DNA of 64,000 nucleotides, from the IMG/VR virus record IMGVR_UViG_3300032295_003392, positions 8,704 to 72,703 of that record; one strand, given 5' to 3'. The DNA comes from a virus. Its lineage: Duplodnaviria > Caudoviricetes. The notes beneath the pieces are model-generated. The model was not told the DNA's origin, did no database searches, and was given only the letters and a program-made list of their open reading frames with translations. Of the stretch, positions 43,151 through 53,688 are shown piece after piece (position 1 is the stretch's first letter; each line of letters begins with the position of its first letter). The position numbers were made by a program, and so were the translations under genes.

Positions 43151-45268
43151 ATGACTAACGAATTTAATAATATTTCTGATGAAAAACCAGAGTTATTGAA
43201 TGTAAAGATGGCGATTTCTGACGACGATGATGATGAAGCAAGAAACTCCTCAAAAGCAAATAAAGGTCAAGAGGTAAAATCCAAAACACCAGTTTTAGAT
43301 AGTTTCTCAAAAGACTTAACTAAAATGGCAGTGGAGGGCAAACTCGATCCAATAATCGGTAGAGAAAAGGAAATCGAAAGAGTTTCACAGATATTAGCAA
43401 GGAGGAAAAAGAACAACCCACTATTGATTGGTGAACCAGGTACCGGTAAAAGCTCAATAGCCGAAGGATTGGCACAAAGGATTGTTGAGAGGAAATGTTC
43501 TAGGATACTATTTAATAAAAGAATTGTTATTCTAGACTTAGCGTCAATGGTCGCTGGAACAAAATATAGAGGACAGTTCGAGGAAAGAATTAAAGCTTTG
43601 ATGCAAGAGGTTGAAAAGGAACCAGATGTTATCCTATTTATTGACGAAATCCACACCATCATTGGTGCAGGAGGTTCCAGTGGAACACTCGATGCATCAA
43701 ATATGTTTAAACCTGCACTTGCAAGAGGGGAAATCCAATTGATTGGAGCAACTACACTTGATGAATATAGAAAACACATAGAAAAGGATGGTGCATTAGA
43801 AAGAAGATTCCAAAAAGTAATTATCGAACCTGCTACAGAGGAAGAAACAATGCAGATTCTTAATCAGGTAAAAGATAAATATGAATCACATCATAATGTA
43901 GTATTTACCGAAGAGGCTATACAAGCTTGTGTCGATTTAACATCTAGATTTATGACAGATAGATTTCTTCCTGATAAAGCACTTGATGCTTTGGATGAAT
44001 CTGGTTCTAGAGTACATATTGCTAACATCGTAGTTCCAAAGGAAATTATCGATATTGAAACTAAGATTTCCGAAGTTAAAGAACAAAAAACATTAGTTGT
44101 TAGAGGACAAAGATATGAAGAGGCAGCTCGTCTCAGAGATGTAGAAAAACAACTACATAATAATCTAGAGGACGCCAGAAAGAAATGGGATGAAGACCAA
44201 AAGAACAATAAACAGACCGTTACGGAGGATAATGTAGCAGAAGTCGTATCTATGATGACTGGTATCCCACTCCAAAAAGTAGGACAAAAAGAGTCCCAAA
44301 AACTCTCCAATATGTCGAAAGAAATTATGGGGAAAGTCATTGGACAAGATAAAGCTGTTGAGTCTGTAATCAAATCAATCCAAAGAGGTAGAGTAGGACT
44401 GAAAGACCCCAATAGACCAATCGGTACATTCCTTTTCCTTGGACCAACAGGAGTCGGCAAAACTCAACTCTGTAAGATATTAGCAAAATATTTGTTCGAT
44501 TCAGAGGACTCTTTAATCAGAGTTGATATGAGTGAATTTATGGAAAAGTTTGCGGTATCTAGACTTATTGGAGCACCGCCGGGATATGTAGGTCATGATG
44601 AAGGTGGTCAGTTGACTGAAAAGGTTAGAAGAAAACCATATTCTGTAATTCTATTAGATGAAGTTGAAAAAGCACACTCGGAGGTGTTTAACATTCTGTT
44701 ACAGGTACTTGATGATGGACAACTTACTGATTCTGTAGGTAGAAAAGTAAGTTTCAAAAATACAGTTATTATAATGACATCTAATACCGGTTCAAGACAA
44801 CTCAAAGATTTTGGAACAGGTATCGGATTCTCTACAAAAAACAAAGAAGAACAGAAGAGAGACCAAGAGAAAGATGTTATTGAAAAAGAGTTGAAGAAAA
44901 CATTTGCACCAGAGTTTCTCAATAGAATTGATGAAATCATTACTTTTAACTCTTTGAACAAGGAAGATATAATGAAAATTGTCGATATTGAATTTGAGAA
45001 AGTCCTCGAGAGAATTAGAACAATGGAATTTGAACTTGAGATAACTGAAACTGCCAAAGAATACATTTCAGAAAAAGGATACGATCCTGAATATGGAGCA
45101 AGACCACTAAAAAGGGCAATCCAAAGATATATCGAGGACCCAATCACAGAAGAAATAATCCAATCCAATCCAAAGAAGGGAACTAAAATGTGTTTGGACT
45201 ATGATAAGGAACAAGATTCAATGGTTGTAACCCAAACAAAGGAAAAAAAGACTAAAAAGAAAATTTAA
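43151..45268 (+). CDS. clpC: ClpC-type AAA+ unfoldase lacking the N-terminal Clp domain
   Basis: Two NBDs (GEPGTGKS, GPTGVGKT), UVR middle domain QRYEEAARLRD, and IGF ClpP-docking loop. Confidence 0.92.
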   Translation: MTNEFNNISDEKPELLNVKMAISDDDDDEARNSSKANKGQEVKSKTPVLDSFSKDLTKMAVEGKLDPIIGREKEIERVSQILARRKKNNPLLIGEPGTGKSSIAEGLAQRIVERKCSRILFNKRIVILDLASMVAGTKYRGQFEERIKALMQEVEKEPDVILFIDEIHTIIGAGGSSGTLDASNMFKPALARGEIQLIGATTLDEYRKHIEKDGALERRFQKVIIEPATEEETMQILNQVKDKYESHHNVVFTEEAIQACVDLTSRFMTDRFLPDKALDALDESGSRVHIANIVVPKEIIDIETKISEVKEQKTLVVRGQRYEEAARLRDVEKQLHNNLEDARKKWDEDQKNNKQTVTEDNVAEVVSMMTGIPLQKVGQKESQKLSNMSKEIMGKVIGQDKAVESVIKSIQRGRVGLKDPNRPIGTFLFLGPTGVGKTQLCKILAKYLFDSEDSLIRVDMSEFMEKFAVSRLIGAPPGYVGHDEGGQLTEKVRRKPYSVILLDEVEKAHSEVFNILLQVLDDGQLTDSVGRKVSFKNTVIIMTSNTGSRQLKDFGTGIGFSTKNKEEQKRDQEKDVIEKELKKTFAPEFLNRIDEIITFNSLNKEDIMKIVDIEFEKVLERIRTMEFELEITETAKEYISEKGYDPEYGARPLKRAIQRYIEDPITEEIIQSNPKKGTKMCLDYDKEQDSMVVTQTKEKKTKKKI

Positions 45269-45270
45269 AA

Positions 45271-45984
45271 ATGAATCATTTTATAACTTATGGTAATGAT
45301 AACTATTATAACTCTAAAATACGAATTGCTAACGAAGCTAGAAATTTTGGGTTTGATACGGTGACTACATATGGACCAGAAAGTCTTACCAAAGAATTTT
45401 TTGATTTGACTTTACCATATATCAATCACCCAAGAGGAGGGGGATACTGGTTATGGAAATCACTAATTATAAAAAACAAGTTAGAAAGTATTAATGATGG
45501 TGACTTTTTAGTCTACGCGGATGCTGGGTGTCATATAAATATCCATGGAAAAGAAAGATTTCAACAATACCTAAATATGTTTGAAAATACAGAACTCGGT
45601 ATATTATCTTTTGAATTGACAGGTCTCACTGAAACTATGTACACTAACGAGTCTGTTTTCGATTATTTTGGAGTTGATGAGGGTGATGAAATGAGGGAAT
45701 CTTACCAACTAGCTGCAACTATATTGATAATGAAAAAAAATGACCATTGTCTGAAATTGATAGATGAATTTTACAAAATATCAACTACAAAACCAGAAAT
45801 ATTTTCAGACATCCACAATAATTACAAAAGGCACAAAGATTTCAGAGACCATAGACATGACCAGAGTGTTTTTGGAATTTTAAGAAAAAAAATGGGGACT
45901 ATAATAATACCAGATGAAACTTGGGCAGTGGATTTTAATACACTTCTTCATATACCAATATTATCAACAAGAATAAGAGGATGA
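45271..45984 (+). CDS. Putative glycosyltransferase
   Basis: GGGYWLWKS, LVYADAGC (DxG/DxD-like) and DHRHDQS motifs. Confidence 0.6.
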   Translation: MNHFITYGNDNYYNSKIRIANEARNFGFDTVTTYGPESLTKEFFDLTLPYINHPRGGGYWLWKSLIIKNKLESINDGDFLVYADAGCHINIHGKERFQQYLNMFENTELGILSFELTGLTETMYTNESVFDYFGVDEGDEMRESYQLAATILIMKKNDHCLKLIDEFYKISTTKPEIFSDIHNNYKRHKDFRDHRHDQSVFGILRKKMGTIIIPDETWAVDFNTLLHIPILSTRIRG

Positions 45985-46739
45985 TGGAAAATAAATTTAC
46001 ATACATAATAGGATATCGTCATAGTGACGAAAGATATAAAAATCTTTCAAGAACTTTGGAATGGTTAAATAATTTTCCCGATTCCGAAATAATAATAGTT
46101 GAGCAAGATATTACGCAAAAACTTTCTTTATCAAATGATAAAATAAAACACATTTTTGTTTACAATAATTCAGCTTATAATAGATCTTGGGCTTTCAATA
46201 TTGCTTCGAAACTTGCTTCAACAGAAAAAATATGCTTCGGAGATTCTGACTTGGTAATGAATGTTAGTCACTTTTTGGAATCACTCTCAGAACTTGAAAA
46301 TTTTGACGTTGTAAGTCCTTATAAAGTAGTTCTGGATTTGTATGAGGTTGAGTCTGAGTTCCCACTCAGTCAAATGGAAAATATACAAAGACCTGGTAGA
46401 GGGGAGACAGATAACCAAAAAATAAATTTATGTGGTGGTATCGTTCTTTTCAGAAAAGACGCTATAACCAAAATAGGTGGATGGAATGAGGACTTTATTG
46501 GTTGGGGAGGAGAAGATGATTTCCAAACTTTGAAAGTCAATTTATTTGGATTAAAGTCTAAAGAAATGCCATATAAATGTTACCACCTCTATCATGAAAG
46601 ACCCGCACCTGATATGAATCTTTATAGGAGAAATTTGGACCTACTCAACCGAGCTTTCAATGTAAAAATTGAAGACCTAAGAACCTACATTACAAATTCA
46701 ATGATTTATATTGGAAATGAAAATAAATTCAAAAGATAG
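45981..46739 (+). CDS. GT2/GT7-like glycosyltransferase
   Basis: YNRSWAFN, FGDSDL and GGWNEDFIGWGGEDD motifs. Confidence 0.8.
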   Translation: MMENKFTYIIGYRHSDERYKNLSRTLEWLNNFPDSEIIIVEQDITQKLSLSNDKIKHIFVYNNSAYNRSWAFNIASKLASTEKICFGDSDLVMNVSHFLESLSELENFDVVSPYKVVLDLYEVESEFPLSQMENIQRPGRGETDNQKINLCGGIVLFRKDAITKIGGWNEDFIGWGGEDDFQTLKVNLFGLKSKEMPYKCYHLYHERPAPDMNLYRRNLDLLNRAFNVKIEDLRTYITNSMIYIGNENKFKR

Positions 46740-46740
46740 G

Positions 46741-47328
46741 ATGATGATTCTTTATGTTTTCATAACACATCAAAAAAACATAGATAAGTGTTATCCAAGG
46801 ATAAAATCAATGATGAAAACCAATAATTTTATTATTGTTCAAGGAGGATTTACCAGAGACTCCTATGATGAAAATAAAAATATTTTGAATTTGAATTGTA
46901 ATGACGGATACGTTGGATTGCCCGAAAAAGTTATGAAAACTTTTCATTATTTATTATCAGATGCCAGATTCAACAAATATACTAATTTTGTAAAACTTGA
47001 TGATGATATGATTGTTTTGAAAGAAATACAAGAAATCAACGATGATTATTTAGGAAATGTTCATTATAGTGACGGCAATAGACAATGGCATGTTGGGAGG
47101 ACAGGAACATTTTGGGACAAAATACCATATTTGGGTGATTTCAAACCCTGGTGTATGGGGGGTTTCGGTTATGTCATTTCTAGGAAATCTTTAGAAAAAG
47201 TTATACCTAATTTCGATTATTTAGACCACATTTACGAAGATGTATACATTGGAAATTTGATGAATAAAATCGGTGTAATCCCAAAACAATTCAATATAAA
47301 AGAATATCTGGTTAGTCCAGAACATTAA
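46741..47328 (+). CDS. GT31-like galactosyltransferase
   Basis: FVKLDDD, CMGGFGYVIS and EDVYIG motifs. Confidence 0.75.
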   Translation: MMILYVFITHQKNIDKCYPRIKSMMKTNNFIIVQGGFTRDSYDENKNILNLNCNDGYVGLPEKVMKTFHYLLSDARFNKYTNFVKLDDDMIVLKEIQEINDDYLGNVHYSDGNRQWHVGRTGTFWDKIPYLGDFKPWCMGGFGYVISRKSLEKVIPNFDYLDHIYEDVYIGNLMNKIGVIPKQFNIKEYLVSPEH

Positions 47329-47343
47329 AATAAATAATAATTT

Positions 47344-48339
47344 ATGCATAAAATACTAATTACAGGCGTTGCTGGACTACTGGGTTCGAGAATGGCTGAC
47401 TGGTTAATTCAAAACAAACCCAATTTCACAATTATAGGGATCGATGATTTGAGTGGTGGTTACAAAGAGAACATAAATGAGAAAGTCATTTTCTACAATT
47501 TGAATCTAGTCAGTGAATCATTAGACCATATCTTTAATGAATGGAAGCCTGATTATGTTTACCATTTTGCTGCTTACGCAGCTGAAGGTTTATCTCCTTT
47601 CATCAGAATGTATAATTACCAAAATAATTTAGTTTCTACAGCGAATATAATAAACCAATGCATCAAACACGATGTTAAAAGATTAATATTCACTTCTTCT
47701 TTAGCAGTTTATGGACATGGTTATGGAGGTATCTTTGATGAAAATCAAATACCAAATCCAATAGACCCATACGGAGTTGCAAAATTTGGTTGTGAAATGG
47801 ATATTAAAATCGCCGGAGAACAACATGGATTAGATTGGTGTATTATCAGACCACATAACGTTTATGGTATAAAACAAAATATATGGGACAAATATAGGAA
47901 TGTTCTTGGTATCTGGATGTATCAGCACATAAATAATCAACCAATGACTATCTTTGGTGATGGGAAACAAACTAGAGCTTTTAGTTACATCGATGATATC
48001 CTAGAACCTCTTTGGAATGCAGCTTCCAAAGTAGAGGCATCAAAAGAGATTATTAATCTTGGAGGTATCGAAGAGTATTCAATTTTAGATTGTGCTAATA
48101 CACTGAAACAGATTATTGGTTCAGGAGAATTAATTTTTCTCGATGGAAGACATGAGGTTAAACACTCAATACCCACTTGGGAGAAATCAGAAAAAATATT
48201 GGAATTCAAACACCAAACAAATTTGGAAAAGGGTTTGACTAAGATGTGGGAATGGGCACAAAGTCAGCCCAACAGAGACAGATTCATTTGGGATAGTTAC
48301 GAAATTGATAATAAAATATATTCTTTTTGGAAAAAATAA
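47344..48339 (+). CDS. NAD-dependent sugar epimerase/dehydratase (extended SDR)
   Basis: TGVAGLLG, HFAA and YGVAK motifs. Confidence 0.9.
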   Translation: MHKILITGVAGLLGSRMADWLIQNKPNFTIIGIDDLSGGYKENINEKVIFYNLNLVSESLDHIFNEWKPDYVYHFAAYAAEGLSPFIRMYNYQNNLVSTANIINQCIKHDVKRLIFTSSLAVYGHGYGGIFDENQIPNPIDPYGVAKFGCEMDIKIAGEQHGLDWCIIRPHNVYGIKQNIWDKYRNVLGIWMYQHINNQPMTIFGDGKQTRAFSYIDDILEPLWNAASKVEASKEIINLGGIEEYSILDCANTLKQIIGSGELIFLDGRHEVKHSIPTWEKSEKILEFKHQTNLEKGLTKMWEWAQSQPNRDRFIWDSYEIDNKIYSFWKK

Positions 48340-48382
48340 AGAACAAAATATTTTTAGTTCATAAAACAATAAAGCTAGATAA

Positions 48383-49084
48383 ATGAATTTTTTTTCAATA
48401 GCCATACCAACTTATGAAATGAAAGGCAAAGGTGTGGATTTTCTTGATTTCTCTTTCAATAAATTAATAAATCAAAATTTCAATGATTTTGAGGTAGTTA
48501 TCTCTGACCACAGTAAGGACTCTTTGATAGAAGAACTGTGTAATGTCTGGAGGACCAAACTAAATATAAAATATTACCGAAATTATTCTGAAGTCGGTAG
48601 TTCATCGGCGAATATTAATAATGCTATACTTAATTCTACTGGACAATGGATAAAAATCTTATTTCAAGATGACTTTTTGTTTGATGAAAATTCATTGATG
48701 ATTACACACGACTCAATAAAATCAAATTTGGATTCGAATTGGTTTGTATCGAGTTGCCAACACAGTAGTGATGGTTATTCATTTTATAGAGAATTTATTC
48801 CACACTGGAATGACAAAATGATATACGGTAACAATACTATAAGTTCCCCAAGTGTATTAACCATTAAGAATGATGAAAATAAATTGTTATTCGATAAAGA
48901 CTATATCTGGCTAATGGATTGTGATTATTATCAAAGATGTTATAATCTTTTCGGAGCCCCAACGATAATAAATCAAGTAACGGTTGTGAACAGAACCTGG
49001 GCAAATCAAGTTACAAATGAACTCAGTTTTGAAATAAAAAATAAGGAACATTACCAAATTCTAAAAAAACATAATGTAATATGA
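48383..49084 (+). CDS. GT2 glycosyltransferase
   Basis: SIAIPTYE, EVVISDHS, KILFQDD and LMDCDYY motifs. Confidence 0.85.
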   Translation: MNFFSIAIPTYEMKGKGVDFLDFSFNKLINQNFNDFEVVISDHSKDSLIEELCNVWRTKLNIKYYRNYSEVGSSSANINNAILNSTGQWIKILFQDDFLFDENSLMITHDSIKSNLDSNWFVSSCQHSSDGYSFYREFIPHWNDKMIYGNNTISSPSVLTIKNDENKLLFDKDYIWLMDCDYYQRCYNLFGAPTIINQVTVVNRTWANQVTNELSFEIKNKEHYQILKKHNVI

Positions 49085-49728
49085 TATTATTAAATAATGT
49101 AACGATAGTTTCTGTAGCTTGCGTTAGGGCCGAACAAACATTAAAGGCAATAAAACACTCAATGAAAGGTATCGAATTTAACAAATCCATTTTGTTTACA
49201 AACCAAAATATTGTTGACGATACAGTCGAGATTGTTAAAATAGATAATTTAGACTATGAAGGTTATAATAAATTTATTGTTTATGACCTACATAAGTATA
49301 TTACTACAGATTTTGTTTTGATTGTTCAAGACGATGGTTTTGTAATTAATCCTCAAATGTGGAGGGATGATTTTTTTAAATATGATTACATAGGTGCACC
49401 ATGGCCATTACCCAGTGATAATTTTAGTTTTAGGGATCCTTTCAATAATATAATCAGGGTAGGTAATGGTGGTTTCTCCTTAAGAACAAAAAAAATACTT
49501 TCTTTACCAACTAGTCTGAATGTAGAGTGGAAAAGTTATTTCGGATTTTATAATGAGGATGGATTTTTTACTTGCCACAACAGACACCTTTTCGAGAAAG
49601 AGGGATGTGTTTACGCACCATTGGACATCGCTAAATACTTTTCACATGAATCAGAAATACCGGAAATACAAGGTATCCTACCATTTGGATTTCATGGTAA
49701 ATGGTCAAAATATTTTACAGTACTATAA
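49081..49728 (+). CDS. DUF5672-like GT-A fold protein
   Basis: LIVQDDGFV, YDYIGAPW, VGNGGFSLR and NEDGFF motifs. Confidence 0.75.
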   Translation: MILLNNVTIVSVACVRAEQTLKAIKHSMKGIEFNKSILFTNQNIVDDTVEIVKIDNLDYEGYNKFIVYDLHKYITTDFVLIVQDDGFVINPQMWRDDFFKYDYIGAPWPLPSDNFSFRDPFNNIIRVGNGGFSLRTKKILSLPTSLNVEWKSYFGFYNEDGFFTCHNRHLFEKEGCVYAPLDIAKYFSHESEIPEIQGILPFGFHGKWSKYFTVL

Positions 49729-50447
49729 TGAATTTTTTTTGTATATCTAACTACAACAATGATTTGGATTGGTTGAGAGATTTCCCCAACCCACACATAA
49801 TTTATGATAAAACTTGGAATGGTGGAGCAATTGATAACTACAACAGTAGTTATTTAGCACCCATCGATCTTAAGAAAAAATATCCTGATTTCAATATCGT
49901 AAACGGTAATCAGAATGGTTATAATATCAATGATTATCTTACATTCATTATTGATAACTATGATAATTTACCAGAGGTTACCGCTTTCATAAAGGGTAAT
50001 ACTATTGGTAGACATGTTAGTAAAGAATATTTTTACAAAGTTATAAATAACAAAACCTTCACACCATTAGTTGACCCAACACAACATGAACCGATGAAAA
50101 ACGATTATGCAATGTGGTCATGTGATGGTCTATGGATGGAAACAAATGATAGTTGGTACTTATATTTACCAAATCACCCAACAAGATATTTTAAAAACTA
50201 TAATGTTTTTTTAAAATTCTGTTTCACAAACCCAATTTTACCAAAATATGTTACCTTTCCACCTGGTGGCAACTTTGTAGTACCCAAAGATTACATACTA
50301 AAATATGATAAAATTTTTTATCAAAACCTTAGGAAGTTTGTAGAGTATGAGAGAGTTCCTGGCGAGGGTCAAATGATAGAAAGAGCTTTATATACAATTT
50401 GGTGTTGCAATTATGAGGTTTCAGAAAATATGAAAAAATTAATTTAA
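49728..50447 (+). CDS. DUF3431-like glycan-associated protein
   Basis: YLTFIIDNYDNLPE..AFIKG, GGNFVVPK..IL and ERALYTIW motifs; TAATG coupling. Confidence 0.65.
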   Translation: MNFFCISNYNNDLDWLRDFPNPHIIYDKTWNGGAIDNYNSSYLAPIDLKKKYPDFNIVNGNQNGYNINDYLTFIIDNYDNLPEVTAFIKGNTIGRHVSKEYFYKVINNKTFTPLVDPTQHEPMKNDYAMWSCDGLWMETNDSWYLYLPNHPTRYFKNYNVFLKFCFTNPILPKYVTFPPGGNFVVPKDYILKYDKIFYQNLRKFVEYERVPGEGQMIERALYTIWCCNYEVSENMKKLI

Positions 50448-50450
50448 AAT

Positions 50451-51380
50451 ATGTTAGTATCTACCATGACAGGAAATCTTGGCAATCATATGTGGAACTA
50501 TGTTCTATGCAGAGTTGTTGCTGAAAAATTAGGATATGATTGGGGTGTAAATCCCATTCCAACACATGATTACTATAATGGATCGAATCAAATGTATTTC
50601 ATGGATGTCAACTTTGGGAAACCCGTCGAAGTCGTTGGTAAAAACTCAAGAGGATTAAATATTTATAAAGATATACCAAATGAATATTACGATACTCCCA
50701 AGGGTTATACTTATGATAATAATGAGTGTCTTATAAATCATTTTGATTCAGGAGTATTCAGTATACAAGATAACACAATGATTCATTTAATCTCACAGTC
50801 TGAAGATTATCTTATAGATAGAAAAAAAGATATTGAATCATGGTTCACTATAAAAGAATCTTATTCAAATGAATATCAAAATAGACTAACTAATGCTGGT
50901 TTGGAATTGAACCAAGACCTTTGTGTTATAAATTTTAGAGGTGGGGAGTTTCTTTCGGTGCATAATTTGGTACCAAGGCCCGAATATTGGAGGGATTCCA
51001 TAAACTATATGAAATCAATAAACCCAAATATGAATTTCATAATCATCACTGATGATACCCAATCAGCAACCAGATATATTGGCAATTATCCTTGTTACCA
51101 CTTTGACATAGGTATGGATTTCTACATAATAAATCAATCTAAATATTCCATATTGAGTAATTCGAGTTTTGGATGGTGGGCTTCGTGGCTTAATACGCAA
51201 TCAAAATTGACAATTGGGCCAAAATATTGGGGTAGACATAATATAAGTGACGGATATTGGTCATTGGGTGACCAATATGTAAGAGGGTGGTATTATATGG
51301 GTCGAGATGGATCACTTTATGACTACGATACTTGTAAACAAGAGGCTCAAGAATACTATAAAAATAAAAACTTAATATAA
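50451..51380 (+). CDS. GT11 alpha-1,2-fucosyltransferase-like
   Basis: GNLGNHMWNY, INFRGGEF and SNSSFGWWASWL motifs. Confidence 0.75.
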   Translation: MLVSTMTGNLGNHMWNYVLCRVVAEKLGYDWGVNPIPTHDYYNGSNQMYFMDVNFGKPVEVVGKNSRGLNIYKDIPNEYYDTPKGYTYDNNECLINHFDSGVFSIQDNTMIHLISQSEDYLIDRKKDIESWFTIKESYSNEYQNRLTNAGLELNQDLCVINFRGGEFLSVHNLVPRPEYWRDSINYMKSINPNMNFIIITDDTQSATRYIGNYPCYHFDIGMDFYIINQSKYSILSNSSFGWWASWLNTQSKLTIGPKYWGRHNISDGYWSLGDQYVRGWYYMGRDGSLYDYDTCKQEAQEYYKNKNLI

Positions 51381-52252
51381 TGGCAAAGATATACGATTGT
51401 TTTCCTTTTTTTAATGAATTGGATATCTTAGAAATAAGACTGGAAATATTATATGATTATGTTGATTATTTTATCATAAGTGAGTGTGACTCAACATTCA
51501 GTGGACTAGATAAACCTTTCTATTTTGAAGAAAATAAAGAGAAATATTCCAAATATCTGGATAAAATAATTCACATCAAACATACAAACACAAAAGACTA
51601 TATAAATAGGGAATCAGTATATGAAAATAGACAACTTGAAATTTATAATGATATAAATCGAAGATTAGATTTTATGATGAAATCTCCTAAGACCGACTAT
51701 GGTGCACCTCATTGGTGTAGAGATTTTTTCCACAAGGAATTAATTATGTTAGCTACTGATATTTGTGAACCAGATGACATAATATTGTTTGGAGATTGTG
51801 ATGAAATACCCAATTTAGAAAAAATTCCAATTGACGGAAATACCTATGTAACATATCAAAAGAATATGTTATATTACATTGATTTGGAGAATAAATCTGA
51901 GAAATGGTTTGGAACCGTAATAACAAAACATAAAAATTTAAAAGATGGATCTTTTATGTTTACAAGAGACCACAGACAAACTCTTCTTCCGATTGAGAAT
52001 GGTGGTTGGCATTTGAGTTGGATGGGTGGAAGAGACAGAATAATGAAAAAATTACTTAGTTGGAGTCACCAAGAATACAACAATCAATATTTTCAATCTA
52101 AAATTAAATACCAAGCAGACGAGAAAAAGGATTTTTTCGATAGAAATATTAATATAGAAGATATTATTTTGGAAGACTATTACCCTTCTAATATATTGGA
52201 TTTTATCAGAAAAAAATTTCCATATTTAATAAAAAATAATAATAAACAATGA
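51380..52252 (+). CDS. GT17 (beta-1,4-GlcNAc transferase, MGAT3-like)
   Basis: YDCFPFFNELDILEIRL, FGDCDEIP and GGWHLSW motifs. Confidence 0.8.
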   Translation: MAKIYDCFPFFNELDILEIRLEILYDYVDYFIISECDSTFSGLDKPFYFEENKEKYSKYLDKIIHIKHTNTKDYINRESVYENRQLEIYNDINRRLDFMMKSPKTDYGAPHWCRDFFHKELIMLATDICEPDDIILFGDCDEIPNLEKIPIDGNTYVTYQKNMLYYIDLENKSEKWFGTVITKHKNLKDGSFMFTRDHRQTLLPIENGGWHLSWMGGRDRIMKKLLSWSHQEYNNQYFQSKIKYQADEKKDFFDRNINIEDIILEDYYPSNILDFIRKKFPYLIKNNNKQ

Positions 52253-52848
52253 ATGAAAACTATTACGAATTAGTAAATGCGAATCAAATTTTAAATGTTT
52301 CGAGGATGGGACCTCATAGGTCCCCTTTTGATAAAGAAAACAACCTTTTTGGATTATATGATTTTATAAAACACCATGATACAAAAGACAAAGTTATTGT
52401 AGAAATTGGCTGTTATCTGGGAATATCAACAGAATTATTTGCGATGTTTTGTAAAGAGATAACATCAATTGATTTGTGGGGTATGGATGAAAGCTATGAT
52501 GGTGGTGAAAACCCCAAAGAATTCTGGCCAATAGTAGAAAGATTAGCAAATGAAAGACTTTCCAAATACTCGAATGCTAAATTGGTCAAAAACAGTGGTT
52601 TTCTTGCAAGTCAAACATTCGAATCAGAGTCTATAGATTTGCTTTACCTTGATGGTAATCATTCATTTGAATCAGTTGTGAATGATGCTAAACTCTGGCA
52701 CGAAAAAATTAAAGTGGGCGGGGTCTTATCAGGACACGATTATAATATATCTACTGTACAAAAAGCTGTGAACTATATTTTAGACACTATGGAATATTCA
52801 GATTTGAACATCTTCGGTGACACATCTTGGTCCCTCATAAAAAAATAA
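52249..52848 (+). CDS. Class I SAM methyltransferase (Methyltransf_24-like)
   Basis: VEIGCYLGIS, LLYLDGNHSF and GGVLSGHDY motifs. Confidence 0.85.
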   Translation: MNENYYELVNANQILNVSRMGPHRSPFDKENNLFGLYDFIKHHDTKDKVIVEIGCYLGISTELFAMFCKEITSIDLWGMDESYDGGENPKEFWPIVERLANERLSKYSNAKLVKNSGFLASQTFESESIDLLYLDGNHSFESVVNDAKLWHEKIKVGGVLSGHDYNISTVQKAVNYILDTMEYSDLNIFGDTSWSLIKK

Positions 52849-52855
52849 TATACAA

Positions 52856-53659
52856 TTGAAAACTATTAATTTTGTAAGTGGTGGTCAACTAGGTGATGTA
52901 ATACATGCACTATTCGCTGTAAGAAATATTTGTCATAGAAATAATGCAAAAGCGAACTTATATATCTCTGACCTTTCTTACAATATGGTAGGTTGTGGCA
53001 ATTTTACTTATGACTTAGAAAAAACACAAAAGGATATGCATAAGTTGATGAGTACACAAGATTATATAAATTATTTCGGTATTTTCCCCAGAGATTTTAA
53101 AGAAGATTTTATCAATCTAAGCATTTGGAGAGACCATATAGAACAAACAAAAATAAATGGATATTATAGCAAGTGTTGGACAGATATATTAAAAGATACA
53201 TTCACTCTGGACTTAGAAAATGATGACTTTACCCCATGGATAAATGTTTTAGAAGATGACAATCAAACTAAAAATAAAGTTTTAATCCACAGGTCGATTC
53301 ATAGACATAATACATCCTTTAGATGGGATTTTTATTTGGATAAGATAGATGGTGATATATTATTTATTACCACAAATGAGCAAGAATGGGATATATTTCC
53401 ATACAAAAAACAAAATATGAGTTTATATTTGAAAGATAATATATTTGATGTTGCAAAAGCTATAAATTCATGTAAATACTTTATAGGCAATCAATCATCT
53501 AATTTCGCACTTGCTTGTTCTCTGAACATACCAAGATTAGTAGAATTGTCTTATCTTTCTGACAAATTTTATAGTGGTGAGATAAAATATTTCGATAACA
53601 TGTCATTTTTTTTCAACGAAAATGATAAACACTATTCGGAAAATTGCCCTTTCTACTAA
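52856..53659 (+). CDS. GT9-like (heptosyltransferase-fold) glycosyltransferase
   Basis: GGQLGDVIHAL and FIGNQSSNFALA motifs. Confidence 0.6.
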   Translation: MKTINFVSGGQLGDVIHALFAVRNICHRNNAKANLYISDLSYNMVGCGNFTYDLEKTQKDMHKLMSTQDYINYFGIFPRDFKEDFINLSIWRDHIEQTKINGYYSKCWTDILKDTFTLDLENDDFTPWINVLEDDNQTKNKVLIHRSIHRHNTSFRWDFYLDKIDGDILFITTNEQEWDIFPYKKQNMSLYLKDNIFDVAKAINSCKYFIGNQSSNFALACSLNIPRLVELSYLSDKFYSGEIKYFDNMSFFFNENDKHYSENCPFY

Positions 53660-53688
53660 TTATGAAAAAATAAAAATTATAAAAAAAT

